A DNA stretch of 36,399 nt from a virus (lineage: Duplodnaviria > Caudoviricetes), in IMG/VR virus record IMGVR_UViG_3300016667_000269, positions 1 to 36,399 of that record. One strand, 5' to 3'. Position 1 is the first letter of the stretch. The number at the start of each line of letters is the position of its first letter. The position numbers and the translations under genes were made by a program. Under the pieces are notes generated by a model. That model did not search any database. It saw nothing but the letters and a program-made list of their open reading frames with translations, and was not told the DNA's origin. Below are positions 1 to 7,556 of the stretch, in pieces.

Positions 1-444
1 ACGGGCCAGATGGCCTACAGGCTGATGTACGTGGACATGGTGATCCTGGATGAGATGGGCTATCTGCCATTCACCCAGTCCGGTGGGGCACTGCTGTTTC
101 ACTTGCTCTCCAAGCTGTACGAGCGCACCAGCGTGGTGATCACAACCAACCTGAACTTCTCGGAATGGAGCAATGTGTTTGGGGATGCCAAGATGACCAC
201 GGCCCTGCTGGACCGGCTGACGCATCACTGCCACATCGTGGAGACCGGCAATGAGAGTTGGCGGTTCAAGCATTCAACGGCAGCCGCCACACCCACCAAA
301 CCTCAGCGGGCAAAAGCCCAGAAAGGAGAAGCCAAAGCCCCAGAGCAGATAGACTTATCCACAACCAACTGAACAAAACTTCCCTAAAACCAGTGGCTCA
401 ATATTCAACGTGAACACTGGCTCAGTTTGGCTGATGAATCAACA
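1..444 (+). mobile_element. IS21-family insertion sequence, right-hand part (istB 3' end and IRR)
   Basis: IstB C-terminus is followed by repeated TGGCTCA boxes (394-400, 418-424) and ends in ...GAATCAACA at 444. Its reverse complement TGTTGATTCATCAGCCAAACTG resembles the window-end TGTTGAATCACAACCAAAACTG. Confidence 0.9.
10..372 (+). CDS. istB: IS21 helper AAA+ ATPase IstB, C-terminal part (5' truncated by window)
   Basis: Walker [11 protein letters not shown], plus [12 protein letters not shown] and GNESWR motifs typical of IstB. Confidence 0.93.
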   Translation: MAYRLMYVDMVILDEMGYLPFTQSGGALLFHLLSKLYERTSVVITTNLNFSEWSNVFGDAKMTTALLDRLTHHCHIVETGNESWRFKHSTAAATPTKPQRAKAQKGEAKAPEQIDLSTTN

Positions 445-522
445 TCATGATGTTGTGACCTAGTAGGCGGGGAGGTCTAACCCCCTCCCCTCCCGCTGAA
501 CGTCTACAGCCTCTCGCCAAGT

Positions 523-534
523 TGTTAAAGAGCA
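523..534 (-). promoter_or_regulatory. boxA antitermination element
   Basis: Minus strand reads TGCTCTTTAACA, the rRNA-leader boxA consensus. Confidence 0.6.
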
Positions 535-556
535 AGCCGCCTACGGGCGGTTTTTT
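534..556 (+). terminator. Intrinsic terminator upstream of PL
   Basis: GCCGCC-TACG-GGCGG hairpin followed by T6. Confidence 0.75.
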
Positions 557-578
557 GTTGTCTGATTCTAGTCCATTC

Positions 579-640
579 TTTAGTGAAATCTAAGGTTATT
601 TTAGATTTAGCTTGACTGTTCTTTTAGGTTTTACTAAAGT
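579..640 (+). promoter_or_regulatory. PL early promoter with three repressor operators (OL)
   Basis: -35 TTGACT (612-617), 17 bp spacer, -10 TAAAGT (635-640). TTTAG-N6-CTAAA-like palindromes at 579-594, 600-615 and 623-638 match those between cro and cI. Confidence 0.8.
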
Positions 641-712
641 TCACCCATGCGCTAACGAAGCGCACCGCCCGATAAGAGAGCCGCCAGGCTCATCGAGGCG
701 GCAGGGGTAGAG

Positions 713-1015
713 ATGGGACGTATCAACGACCTTCCAGTCACATCTGCTGAACTGGATGCCTTCTACGGCGCTTCGCCTTCATTCATTGAGCGCCAGATGG
801 CGATTGGTGAAGCGGCTTCCAACTTTGACTCTGGCGAACTGGCCGATGTTGTGGCCTGCGGCTACGAGCAAATCATCCAACTGATTGCCTGCAACGATGC
901 AACGGCTCTTGGCGAGTACGTCATGTATCTGCGCCGTCAGCGTATTGCCGAGCTTGCCAGCCAGAAGCTGTATGGCCGTGCTGGTGTCATCAACGCATCC
1001 GAGGTGACGCAATGA
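713..1015 (+). CDS. Hypothetical phage early protein
   Basis: First ORF after PL; ATGA overlap with the next gene. Confidence 0.7.
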   Translation: MGRINDLPVTSAELDAFYGASPSFIERQMAIGEAASNFDSGELADVVACGYEQIIQLIACNDATALGEYVMYLRRQRIAELASQKLYGRAGVINASEVTQ

Positions 1016-1335
1016 CTACCAAGCACACACCCGGCCCGTGGGCAATCAACAACCCCGACCACGAAAATTTCGTGACCATTGGGTCATCGTCTGTTCGCAA
1101 CATTGCAGATGTCTGGGCAATTAATGGCGACTGCACTGAAGATGAGCGTGACGCTAACGCCTGTCTGATCGCCGCCGCGCCTGAACTGCTGGAGGCAGCA
1201 AAGCTGGTTCTGGCTTGGTACGAAGCAGAGGACGACCACAGCAACACCAACTTCTACCAGCGCATGGAGATGTGCCGCACATCTGAGGCCGCACTTCGCT
1301 CCGCCATCGCCAAGGCCACCGGGAGCGAAGCATGA
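1012..1335 (+). CDS. Phage early protein (HTPGPW...NARLIAAAPELLEA...AIAKATG family)
   Basis: Characteristic phage modular motifs; translationally coupled to neighbours. Confidence 0.8.
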   Translation: MTTKHTPGPWAINNPDHENFVTIGSSSVRNIADVWAINGDCTEDERDANACLIAAAPELLEAAKLVLAWYEAEDDHSNTNFYQRMEMCRTSEAALRSAIAKATGSEA

Positions 1336-1508
1336 ACAACACCACCCGCCGTTACAGCCGTTCTATGGCCGAGGCTTTCCCATTCGGCCCTGAGTACGCC
1401 AGCGCCATTGAGCGTTACAAGCCGCTCAACGCAGACAAGTTTGTTGGCTGGACTGTGGCATTTGCCGCCGTTTTTGTAGCCGTTTTGTTGATTGTGGAGG
1501 CGCTGTGA
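1332..1508 (+). CDS. Small phage membrane protein (58 aa)
   Basis: Read manually: MNNTTRRYSRSMAEAFPFG...VAFAAVFVAVLLIVEAL; ATGA overlap; C-terminal TM segment. Confidence 0.65.
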   Translation: MNNTTRRYSRSMAEAFPFGPEYASAIERYKPLNADKFVGWTVAFAAVFVAVLLIVEAL

Positions 1509-1606
1509 GCAACACCCAATGGCGAATCAATCTTTACCTGCTCTACCGCGCAGCAGGTTGGAAGCGGCTTGACGCACTCAAGCAAGTTCTGAGGACAAAG
1601 ATATGA
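1505..1606 (+). CDS. Small hypothetical protein (33 aa)
   Basis: GTG start and stop both overlap neighbouring genes by 4 bp. Confidence 0.45.
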   Translation: MSNTQWRINLYLLYRAAGWKRLDALKQVLRTKI

Positions 1607-1827
1607 ACACGAACCAAGAAAGCACAGCAACGGGTTTCTTTGCTCGGATGACGGATGAATTCGTCTCCGACAACCCGACTCAAAAGCTGGCTGAACACGC
1701 AGAAGAAACGATTGAGGTCTGCCCGTACTGCGGTACTGAACGAGGCGACAGGTTCTCCTGCTGCGGTGAAGTCCATTTTGTAACTGTGAGCCGCACGGCT
1801 TGGGAAAACGGAGAGGAAATCCTATGA
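1603..1827 (+). CDS. Small Cys-rich (possible zinc ribbon) phage protein
   Basis: CPYC...CCGEVH motif; coupled to erf. Confidence 0.7.
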   Translation: MNTNQESTATGFFARMTDEFVSDNPTQKLAEHAEETIEVCPYCGTERGDRFSCCGEVHFVTVSRTAWENGEEIL

Positions 1828-2444
1828 CTATCTACAAAAAACTCAGCGAGGCTCGGGCCGAGTTTCATACGCTCAAGCTGAAAAAAACAGGTCACAACAA
1901 GTTTGCTGGCTACTTTTACTTTGAGCTGGGCGACTTCCTTATCCCCGCGCTTGAAGTGTTCCGCAAGCATGGCCTTTGCGCCCATATCTCATTTGGCGTT
2001 GATGTTGCCGTGATGAAGATTGTTGACTTGGACACATCCGAGGCAATTGAAATCACTTCGCCAATGTCCACGGCAGCTCTTAAAGGTTGCCATGAGGTTC
2101 AAAACCTTGGAGCAGTGCAAACCTACCTTCGTCGTTATCTGTGGGTTGCTGCGCTTGAAATTGTTGAGCATGACGCAATTGACGCCAGCCAGCCTATTGA
2201 AAAGCAGGCTCTGAAACACTCGCCCGTCACTGCTGATCTGGTTGACCCCAAGCGCATGAGCGTGATTGCCGATGTTGCCGAGGCTGTAAAGCAGCACTTT
2301 GCCAGTGACGACATTGTTGGCGCATACGAGGAAGCGCACGGCATCACTGACCCTGAAGAGAAGCAGGCGCTCTGGAAGATGCTGGACAGCAAAGTCCGCA
2401 CCGCCATCAAGAAACACGCTGAATCTCTCAAGGAGGCCGCATGA
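1824..2444 (+). CDS. erf: ERF-family ssDNA annealing recombinase
   Basis: KKTGHNKFAGYFYFEL and QNLGAVQTYLRRY (GSxxTYxRRY-like ERF motif); start placed at MTIYKKL. Confidence 0.85.
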   Translation: MTIYKKLSEARAEFHTLKLKKTGHNKFAGYFYFELGDFLIPALEVFRKHGLCAHISFGVDVAVMKIVDLDTSEAIEITSPMSTAALKGCHEVQNLGAVQTYLRRYLWVAALEIVEHDAIDASQPIEKQALKHSPVTADLVDPKRMSVIADVAEAVKQHFASDDIVGAYEEAHGITDPEEKQALWKMLDSKVRTAIKKHAESLKEAA

Positions 2445-2629
2445 GCTTCGCATACATCGAGCTGGAAGTGGTGCGCCACACCGAGAAAACCAACGAGCTG
2501 CACAAGCGCGAACTCATTGAGAAGGTGGTTGGTGACTCTGCCCTGCGCCTCATCCAGCTCTGCGCCCACCATGACCTTGACTTCACTCAATGCATTGAGA
2601 AGTCTCTTGCAGAAATGAAGGTGAAGTGA
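2441..2629 (+). CDS. Hypothetical protein
   Basis: GGAGG SD and ATGA overlap. Confidence 0.6.
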   Translation: MSFAYIELEVVRHTEKTNELHKRELIEKVVGDSALRLIQLCAHHDLDFTQCIEKSLAEMKVK

Positions 2630-2778
2630 TGCTGCAACTACTTGGCCTTGCTTGTGCTGCCGCCTGGCTCACGCACATCTTCACCTGCTTTGCTCAGTCG
2701 CTTTGGGGCTTCCTGATCGCTGGCGCACTGTTCTTCCCTGTTGGGATTCTTCACGGCTTTTACATCTGGTTTAACTGA
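2629..2778 (+). CDS. Small hydrophobic membrane protein (49 aa)
   Basis: Read manually: MLQLLGLACAAAWLTHIFTC...GALFFPVGILHGFYIWFN; TGATG overlap. Confidence 0.65.
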   Translation: MLQLLGLACAAAWLTHIFTCFAQSLWGFLIAGALFFPVGILHGFYIWFN

Positions 2779-2787
2779 AAGGCAAAC

Positions 2788-3054
2788 ATGAGTTACGACA
2801 ACAACATGACCGGCATCATTTCCAAGAACGAGCGCAAGGAAAAGGACACGCATCCTGACATTCGCGGCGAGTGCGAAATCAACGGCGAGAAGTTCTGGAT
2901 CAGCGGCTGGGTCAAGAACCGCAAGGACAACAGCGGCAAGTTCTATTCGCTGAAGTTTGAGCTGAAGGACAAGGCGCATAAGCCGTCCAGCCAGTCTAAG
3001 CCTGCCAAGCAAGCAAGCAGCTTTGATGACATTGACGAGGCAATTCCCTTCTGA
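2788..3054 (+). CDS. SSB-like OB-fold protein (DUF736-like)
   Basis: HPDIRG...FWISGW...YSL core with an acidic SSB-type tail DDIDEAIPF; located near erf. Confidence 0.75.
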   Translation: MSYDNNMTGIISKNERKEKDTHPDIRGECEINGEKFWISGWVKNRKDNSGKFYSLKFELKDKAHKPSSQSKPAKQASSFDDIDEAIPF

Positions 3055-3062
3055 CCAGTTAC

Positions 3063-3110
3063 GGCGGGAAAGCGAAGCAAAGGGCTTGCTGTGGATACGT
3101 GAGTACCGCC
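3063..3110 (+). ncRNA. Candidate structured RNA with loop-E motif
   Basis: GGCGG/CCGCC stem closing a GAA/AGUA internal loop, with an inner AGCAA/TTGCT hairpin; intergenic. Confidence 0.45.
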
Positions 3111-3126
3111 ACCCAACAAAGGAAAC

Positions 3127-3282
3127 ATGATGAAGATTCTCCAACCCATCTACACCAAAGACGGTGATTTCTGGCGCGTGTCTTGGCGCGTCATTGGCGA
3201 GACGCCTGACTACCTGATTGGCAAAGAAGCCATTGAATGGGCCAAGGCCAACGGATTCAAGGCACCTGTTCTGGAGTTCTGA
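3127..3282 (+). CDS. Small hypothetical protein (51 aa)
   Basis: AAGGA SD; stop overlaps the next ATG. Confidence 0.6.
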   Translation: MMKILQPIYTKDGDFWRVSWRVIGETPDYLIGKEAIEWAKANGFKAPVLEF

Positions 3283-3641
3283 TGAGGAAGCAAGTCAAGG
3301 TCAACGCCATCTGCTATGCCCATCTTGTCAAAAGCCTGATGCACGGCGACATGACTTGCACTGAACTGGCAGAAGAAACTGGTCTGCACTACACCACCGT
3401 CTTGCAGTACACGCGAGAGCTTCATGCAGTCGGTGCGGTTCATATAGCAAGGTATGACGCAGACGCAAGAGGCAGGCACTTGGTCAAGGTCTACAAGCTA
3501 GGCATAGGCAGAGATGCCAAGCGAATCAGGATGACGGACTACGAGAGACGCAAGCGATACCTGGCAAAGAAGAAGCTGTTAGCAAACCCAATGTTCCGAA
3601 TTGGAGATACACATGGACAAGATGCCAATCGTCATGCTTGA
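3282..3641 (+). CDS. Winged-HTH DNA-binding protein
   Basis: MTCTELAEETGLHYTTVLQYTRELH HTH pattern. Confidence 0.7.
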   Translation: MRKQVKVNAICYAHLVKSLMHGDMTCTELAEETGLHYTTVLQYTRELHAVGAVHIARYDADARGRHLVKVYKLGIGRDAKRIRMTDYERRKRYLAKKKLLANPMFRIGDTHGQDANRHA

Positions 3642-3777
3642 CGAGCCGACAGACGAGCCGCCTGTCTCCTTTGACGACATCCTGCACTACATCAGCGCGT
3701 TCTTGGCTGGGTTTGGCCTGGCTGCATTCATCATGGTCTGCTGGTTGGCTGGCCTGTACTACGGGAGCAAAGCATGA
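3613..3777 (+). CDS. Small membrane protein (54 aa)
   Basis: GGAG SD; hydrophobic segment SAFLAGFGLAAFIMVCWLAGLYY; ATGA overlap with the next gene. Confidence 0.55.
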   Translation: MDKMPIVMLDEPTDEPPVSFDDILHYISAFLAGFGLAAFIMVCWLAGLYYGSKA

Positions 3778-4106
3778 AGCACTTAATTGCAATCCTGGCC
3801 CTTACTTCGGCCACTGCACACGCTGAGTTCTGGGACGGAAATGCTCTGCTCAAGCGCATGAATGGCGACCAGTACGACAAATTCGCGGCGCTTGGGTATG
3901 TTGCTGGGGCATCTGATGTCGGCCAAGGGGTTCACCACTGTGCGCCAACCAACGTCACTGTCGGCCAGGTCAGCGACATGGTGAAGAAGACGCTGGAAAC
4001 CATGCCAGAGCACAGGCACAAGTCCGCCGACAGCTTTGTCATCACGGCCTTGAGCGTGGCATTCCCTTGCCCTGATCGCAAAAGCAGCAGGGGGACAACG
4101 CTGTGA
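3774..4106 (+). CDS. Rap1a/Tai-family immunity-like periplasmic protein
   Basis: Signal peptide (AHA|E), GNxL, GYVAGxxD, CxP...V...Q, and terminal AFPC motifs. Confidence 0.75.
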   Translation: MKHLIAILALTSATAHAEFWDGNALLKRMNGDQYDKFAALGYVAGASDVGQGVHHCAPTNVTVGQVSDMVKKTLETMPEHRHKSADSFVITALSVAFPCPDRKSSRGTTL

Positions 4107-4501
4107 AAGACCTGATTGAACGCCTACGCAACGCCGAGGCGGAAGACCTATTGCAGTCAACGCTTGTTGAAGAAGCCGCCGACCTACTGGAGCGCATTTA
4201 CTCGCAGCCGGTGGAGTTGCCTGAGGCTGTGGCCTACAAATCTAGCCTTGAGTGGAGGCTTAACCACCTCATGAGCCGGAGGCAGTACGACTCTTGCCTG
4301 CCAAAGAACCGAGTTGACTTCGATGTGCCGCTCTACACCGCCGACCAACTCACCAAGGCAGTGCAGGAAGCCACGGCACGGGCGCTGGAGGCTGCGGCGA
4401 AAGAGTGTGAAGCCCGCTACATGGGCGACAACAACCGGGAGGACATGGAGGCTAAGCGATGTGCCTCTGCAATCCGCAACCTGATCGGGAGGGTGAAATG
4501 A
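4103..4501 (+). CDS. Modular phage early protein
   Basis: DLIERLR...EAADLLE, PLYT and ALEAAAKECE...CASAIR modules. Confidence 0.7.
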   Translation: MKDLIERLRNAEAEDLLQSTLVEEAADLLERIYSQPVELPEAVAYKSSLEWRLNHLMSRRQYDSCLPKNRVDFDVPLYTADQLTKAVQEATARALEAAAKECEARYMGDNNREDMEAKRCASAIRNLIGRVK

Positions 4502-4758
4502 CAGACCGTGAACTACTGGAGCTTGCTGCTAAGGCTGTTGACGATGGAATTGTTTTTTACGGCGAGTGCTGGAGGGCGCAGACAGGCCGGGAATGGAATC
4601 CGCTCCTTGACGATGGTGATGCGTTGCGACTGGCGGTTAAGTTGCGAATTGATTTTGGAAGGTTCGAACTGTCTTCGGTCTACACCCTAGAGCAAGGATG
4701 CAAAGACGTCCGGCTAGCTATTGTCAGAGCCGCTGCTGAGATTGGGAGGTTGAAATGA
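4498..4758 (+). CDS. Phage protein (MTDRELLELAAKA...WNPLxDDGDALRLAV...AIVRAAAEIG family)
   Basis: Common phage early gene motifs. Confidence 0.8.
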   Translation: MTDRELLELAAKAVDDGIVFYGECWRAQTGREWNPLLDDGDALRLAVKLRIDFGRFELSSVYTLEQGCKDVRLAIVRAAAEIGRLK

Positions 4759-4931
4759 ACAGCATCAATATTGGAACAGTTGCACCAGCAAAGGTGATGG
4801 AGAAAAAAGTTGACGGTTTCCGGTGGCTTGTAAAAGAAGACGGCACAAAGGTTCTGCAAGTTCTTTGTCCTTGGTCTAAAGGCCAGAGTGCGGGTTGTGA
4901 CTGGCTTGACGTTCCTGAAGTTAAGGAGTAA
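4755..4931 (+). CDS. Small hypothetical protein (58 aa)
   Basis: GGAGG SD and ATGA overlap; read manually. Confidence 0.55.
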   Translation: MNSINIGTVAPAKVMEKKVDGFRWLVKEDGTKVLQVLCPWSKGQSAGCDWLDVPEVKE

Positions 4932-4935
4932 CGAA

Positions 4936-5232
4936 ATGACCCCCACACGCGAAAAAGTCATCCGGGTTGCGCGGGAGTGCGGCGCTTTCCTTGAGCTATC
5001 GACCACGCCGGAAAAGGACATGGCGTTCCTGATGCGGTTTGCTGAGCGGTTCTACGAGGCCGGGGCTGCTGCGGCGCGGGAGCCGCTGACGGATGAGCAG
5101 ATTTGGAAGGTGATTCGACCGTTCTTCCGCGACGATTACAGCGCCACACTGGCCTTAGCACACAGCATGGATGAGTACCGCGCCATCGAGCAAGCCCACG
5201 GCATAGCCAAAGCAACAGGAGAAAAGACATGA
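4936..5232 (+). CDS. Modular phage early protein
   Basis: AAGGAG SD; PLTDEQI...RAIEQAHGI module. Confidence 0.7.
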   Translation: MTPTREKVIRVARECGAFLELSTTPEKDMAFLMRFAERFYEAGAAAAREPLTDEQIWKVIRPFFRDDYSATLALAHSMDEYRAIEQAHGIAKATGEKT

Positions 5233-5909
5233 CAACAAAAGACGAAGCCCTTGCGAAGGCGCTTGAGGCGCTGGAGCCGGTATCGACTTATGGGCGAGTA
5301 GGTTCAAGAGATACCGACACAGCGAAAGCTCAGCAAGCCATCACCGCAATCCGGGAAGCCCTCGCGCAGCCCTCGGAGTGGGTTGGGTTGTCGCTGGAAG
5401 AAATATGGGATTCAGCACACGGGCTGACACGCATCCAAAAAGACGATTGGGTAGCCACTGATGCAGACCTAATTGAATTTGCCCACATTGTCGAAGCCCG
5501 TCTGCGCGAAAAGAACGCCGGGAAGCCTGCCGCCGAGGACAAGGCGGGCGGGGAGCCGGTGGCGTGGAGATGGCCTGTGAAAAAACTTCGCGGTGTTGAA
5601 TGGCGTTACAGCTTGCGGAAAACACACCAAGAGTCTGAGCCGCTCTACACCCGCCCCCAGCCGCAAGCCGATGAGCCGGTGGCGTGGGATGGACTGACAA
5701 AAGATGAGATATGGACTCGATGTTGCGCTGAATGGAGAGGAAAATGCGACACAGCGACCGCTTGCTACACCCGCCCCCAGCCGCAAGCCGATGTTCCAGT
5801 TCACAAGCATGAGTGGTTCCGCACCGGTGCAATGGAACCTAGCGAATACCGCTGCATAAGTTGCGGTGAGTGGAGTACCACTGCGCCGAAGCCGCAAGGA
5901 GGCGAATAA
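5229..5909 (+). CDS. Modular phage early protein with repeated EPVAW...YTRPQPQAD units
   Basis: Internal repeats; AGGAG SD. Confidence 0.75.
   Translation: MTTKDEALAKALEALEPVSTYGRVGSRDTDTAKAQQAITAIREALAQPSEWVGLSLEEIWDSAHGLTRIQKDDWVATDADLIEFAHIVEARLREKNAGKPAAEDKAGGEPVAWRWPVKKLRGVEWRYSLRKTHQESEPLYTRPQPQADEPVAWDGLTKDEIWTRCCAEWRGKCDTATACYTRPQPQADVPVHKHEWFRTGAMEPSEYRCISCGEWSTTAPKPQGGE
5645..5793 (+). repeat. 29-bp direct repeat (5645-5673 / 5765-5793)
   Basis: CTACACCCGCCCCCAGCCGCAAGCCGATG occurs twice; GAGCCGGTGGCGTGG also occurs at 5553 and 5673. Confidence 0.9.
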
Positions 5910-6124
5910 TGAGCCTTTTCCTGAGCGCACAAGAGGTCGCAGACCTCACTGATGTACGCACCGGCAAGAAAGGCAAGACGCGAGAGCAGCTTCAGATTGA
6001 GGCACTGCGCCGCATGAAGATTCCGTTTCTTGTCAGTGCGATTGGCCGTCCCAAGGTTTCCAGAGCCGTGATTGAAGGCCGCAAGGAAGAAGCCGTCATG
6101 GGCTGGGAGCCAGCTTTAGCGTGA
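5909..6124 (+). CDS. DUF4224-like protein (probable excisionase)
   Basis: FLSAQEVADLT...Q..L....IPF.....GRPKV pattern directly upstream of the integrase. Confidence 0.8.
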   Translation: MSLFLSAQEVADLTDVRTGKKGKTREQLQIEALRRMKIPFLVSAIGRPKVSRAVIEGRKEEAVMGWEPALA

Positions 6125-6132
6125 GGTGAGAT

Positions 6133-7146
6133 ATGCAAGGGTTTCGCGCAAGAGTTCAGAAGTCAGGCAAGACGTACTACTACTTTGACGTAGGCGGCAA
6201 GCCTCGCCGTGAGATTCCGCTTGGCTCAGACTACGTTACAGCCGTGCGGAAGTGGGCTGACCTGACAGCGCAGCAGAACAAGGCCGAGGTTGTGACCAAC
6301 TTCAAAGAGTTGGCCGACAGGTACGAGCGTGACCATCTGCCGACTCTTGCTAAGTCCACCCAGGCCACGCAAAAGGGCGACATAAAGATGCTGCTGGAGT
6401 TCTTCTGCACGCCATCCCCTGCACCGCTAGACCAAATCAAGCCCAGCCACATCTACAAGCTGATGGATTGGAAGAAGTCTCAGCCAACCACGGCCAACCG
6501 CCTGAAGCGTGTATTTAGTGCCATGTTCAATCTAGCTCGGCAGTGGGGATACACCGAGAAGATGAACCCATGCACTGGCATTCGCGGTCTGGAGATCAGG
6601 GACAAGCGCAGCAACTACGTTGAGGATGAGGTTTACCAAGCTATCTGGAAGGCTGGCAGCGAACCGCTACAAGATGCAATGGACTTGGCCTACCTGACAG
6701 GCCAGCGCCCAGGTGACACGCTAACCATGACCGAGCGCGACATTTCCAACGGCGTCTTGATGGTTGACCAAGGCAAGACAGGTGCCAAGCTCCGTATACG
6801 CATTGAGGGACAGCTTGCAACAGTCATTGAGCGCATACAGGCTAGGAAGGCCAGATACAAGGTCTGGAGCGCCAATCTAGCCGTCAACACCCGAGGTCTG
6901 CCAATGACAAAGCAAACGCTAAGGGATCAGTTTGAGGCCGCTAGGAAAGCCGCTGCCGAGGCGAACAAGGAACTTGCCGAGCAAATCAAGAGGACGTGGT
7001 TCTATGACCTGCGGAAGAAGGCTTCATCCGACACCGCTGATAAGGCAGGAATCCAAGCCGCAGCCGACTTGTTGGGGCATACCAGCACAACCACGACCAA
7101 GAGCCACTACGACCCCAGAGGCAGGCTTGTTTCGCCTACAAAATGA
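6133..7146 (+). CDS. int: Phage tyrosine integrase
   Basis: N-terminal arm-binding region, TGQR, YDLR (HxLR variant), LLGH and a terminal HY catalytic Tyr. Confidence 0.93.
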   Translation: MQGFRARVQKSGKTYYYFDVGGKPRREIPLGSDYVTAVRKWADLTAQQNKAEVVTNFKELADRYERDHLPTLAKSTQATQKGDIKMLLEFFCTPSPAPLDQIKPSHIYKLMDWKKSQPTTANRLKRVFSAMFNLARQWGYTEKMNPCTGIRGLEIRDKRSNYVEDEVYQAIWKAGSEPLQDAMDLAYLTGQRPGDTLTMTERDISNGVLMVDQGKTGAKLRIRIEGQLATVIERIQARKARYKVWSANLAVNTRGLPMTKQTLRDQFEAARKAAAEANKELAEQIKRTWFYDLRKKASSDTADKAGIQAAADLLGHTSTTTTKSHYDPRGRLVSPTK

Positions 7147-7201
7147 GCCAAAACCCGCTCCGAAATCGTATGCGCGGTAACGATTTCAATGGGTCAAAAG
7201 A

Positions 7202-7217
7202 CTGTTTGGATATACAG
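7202..7217. promoter_or_regulatory. LexA (SOS) box
   Basis: CTGT-TTGGATAT-ACAG matches the beta/gamma-proteobacterial CTGT-N8-ACAG consensus. Confidence 0.65.
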
Positions 7218-7273
7218 CTTTGCGGAGCAAGAATCGGGCGCTAGGCCGCATGGATGCTCGATACCCGTATCAC

Positions 7274-7313
7274 CTTAGAAGGCTGTTGCTCTATCCAACT
7301 GAGCTACGGGCAG
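7274..7313 (-). pseudogene. 5' fragment of tRNA-Arg(UCU), serving as att core
   Basis: Minus strand CTGCCCGTAGCTCAGTTGGATAGAGCAACAGCCTTCTAAG covers the acceptor 5' strand, D arm and anticodon loop TCT. Similarity stops at the anticodon 3' stem; no T arm. Confidence 0.88.
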
Positions 7314-7400
7314 ATTGAGTTTCCGCGATAGCGCCCACTAACGTATTTCGGAGCGCTCCGCAAGTTCATCTTCTCAAGTCTTAGATCATACCGGCATAAG

Positions 7401-7556
7401 TCACTTTGCCATGAGCCGATCCAGCCAGAGCAGGCCCATATTTGCCCAAGCGTAGCCACTGTAAGTAATGGCGAGAGGCCAGTTCTTTTGATAGGCGTAC
7501 ATCCCAGCGGCTCCGAGGTAGGCTAGGGTTGGGACAATGATTAGTGCGGCGGTCAT
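7401..7556 (-). CDS. Small membrane protein (51 aa)
   Basis: Read manually: MTAALIIVPTLAYLGAAGMYAYQKNWPLAITYSGYAWANMGLLWLD...; ATGA overlap with the ART gene. Confidence 0.65.
   Translation of the reverse strand: MTAALIIVPTLAYLGAAGMYAYQKNWPLAITYSGYAWANMGLLWLDRLMAK

Larger units (their letters stand above)
7156..7363. other. attP region with arm-type repeats
   Basis: CGCTCCGAAAT (7156), TTGCGGAGC (7220), ATTTCGGAGCG (7345) and CGCTCCGCAA (7354) flank the tRNA-derived core on both sides. Confidence 0.7.

Noticed and set aside
445-463. 3' remainder of cI after the IS right end
   Set aside because: There is no S24 C-terminal sequence (no catalytic Lys region) and no target duplication; the stretch is short and followed by a terminator.
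5553-5793. Mini-CRISPR array
   Set aside because: Only two copies, in-frame within a CDS, non-palindromic, spacing too long, and no cas genes.
7274-7313. Functional tRNA-Arg gene
   Set aside because: Only the 5' 40 nt are present; there is no anticodon 3' stem, T arm or acceptor 3' strand.
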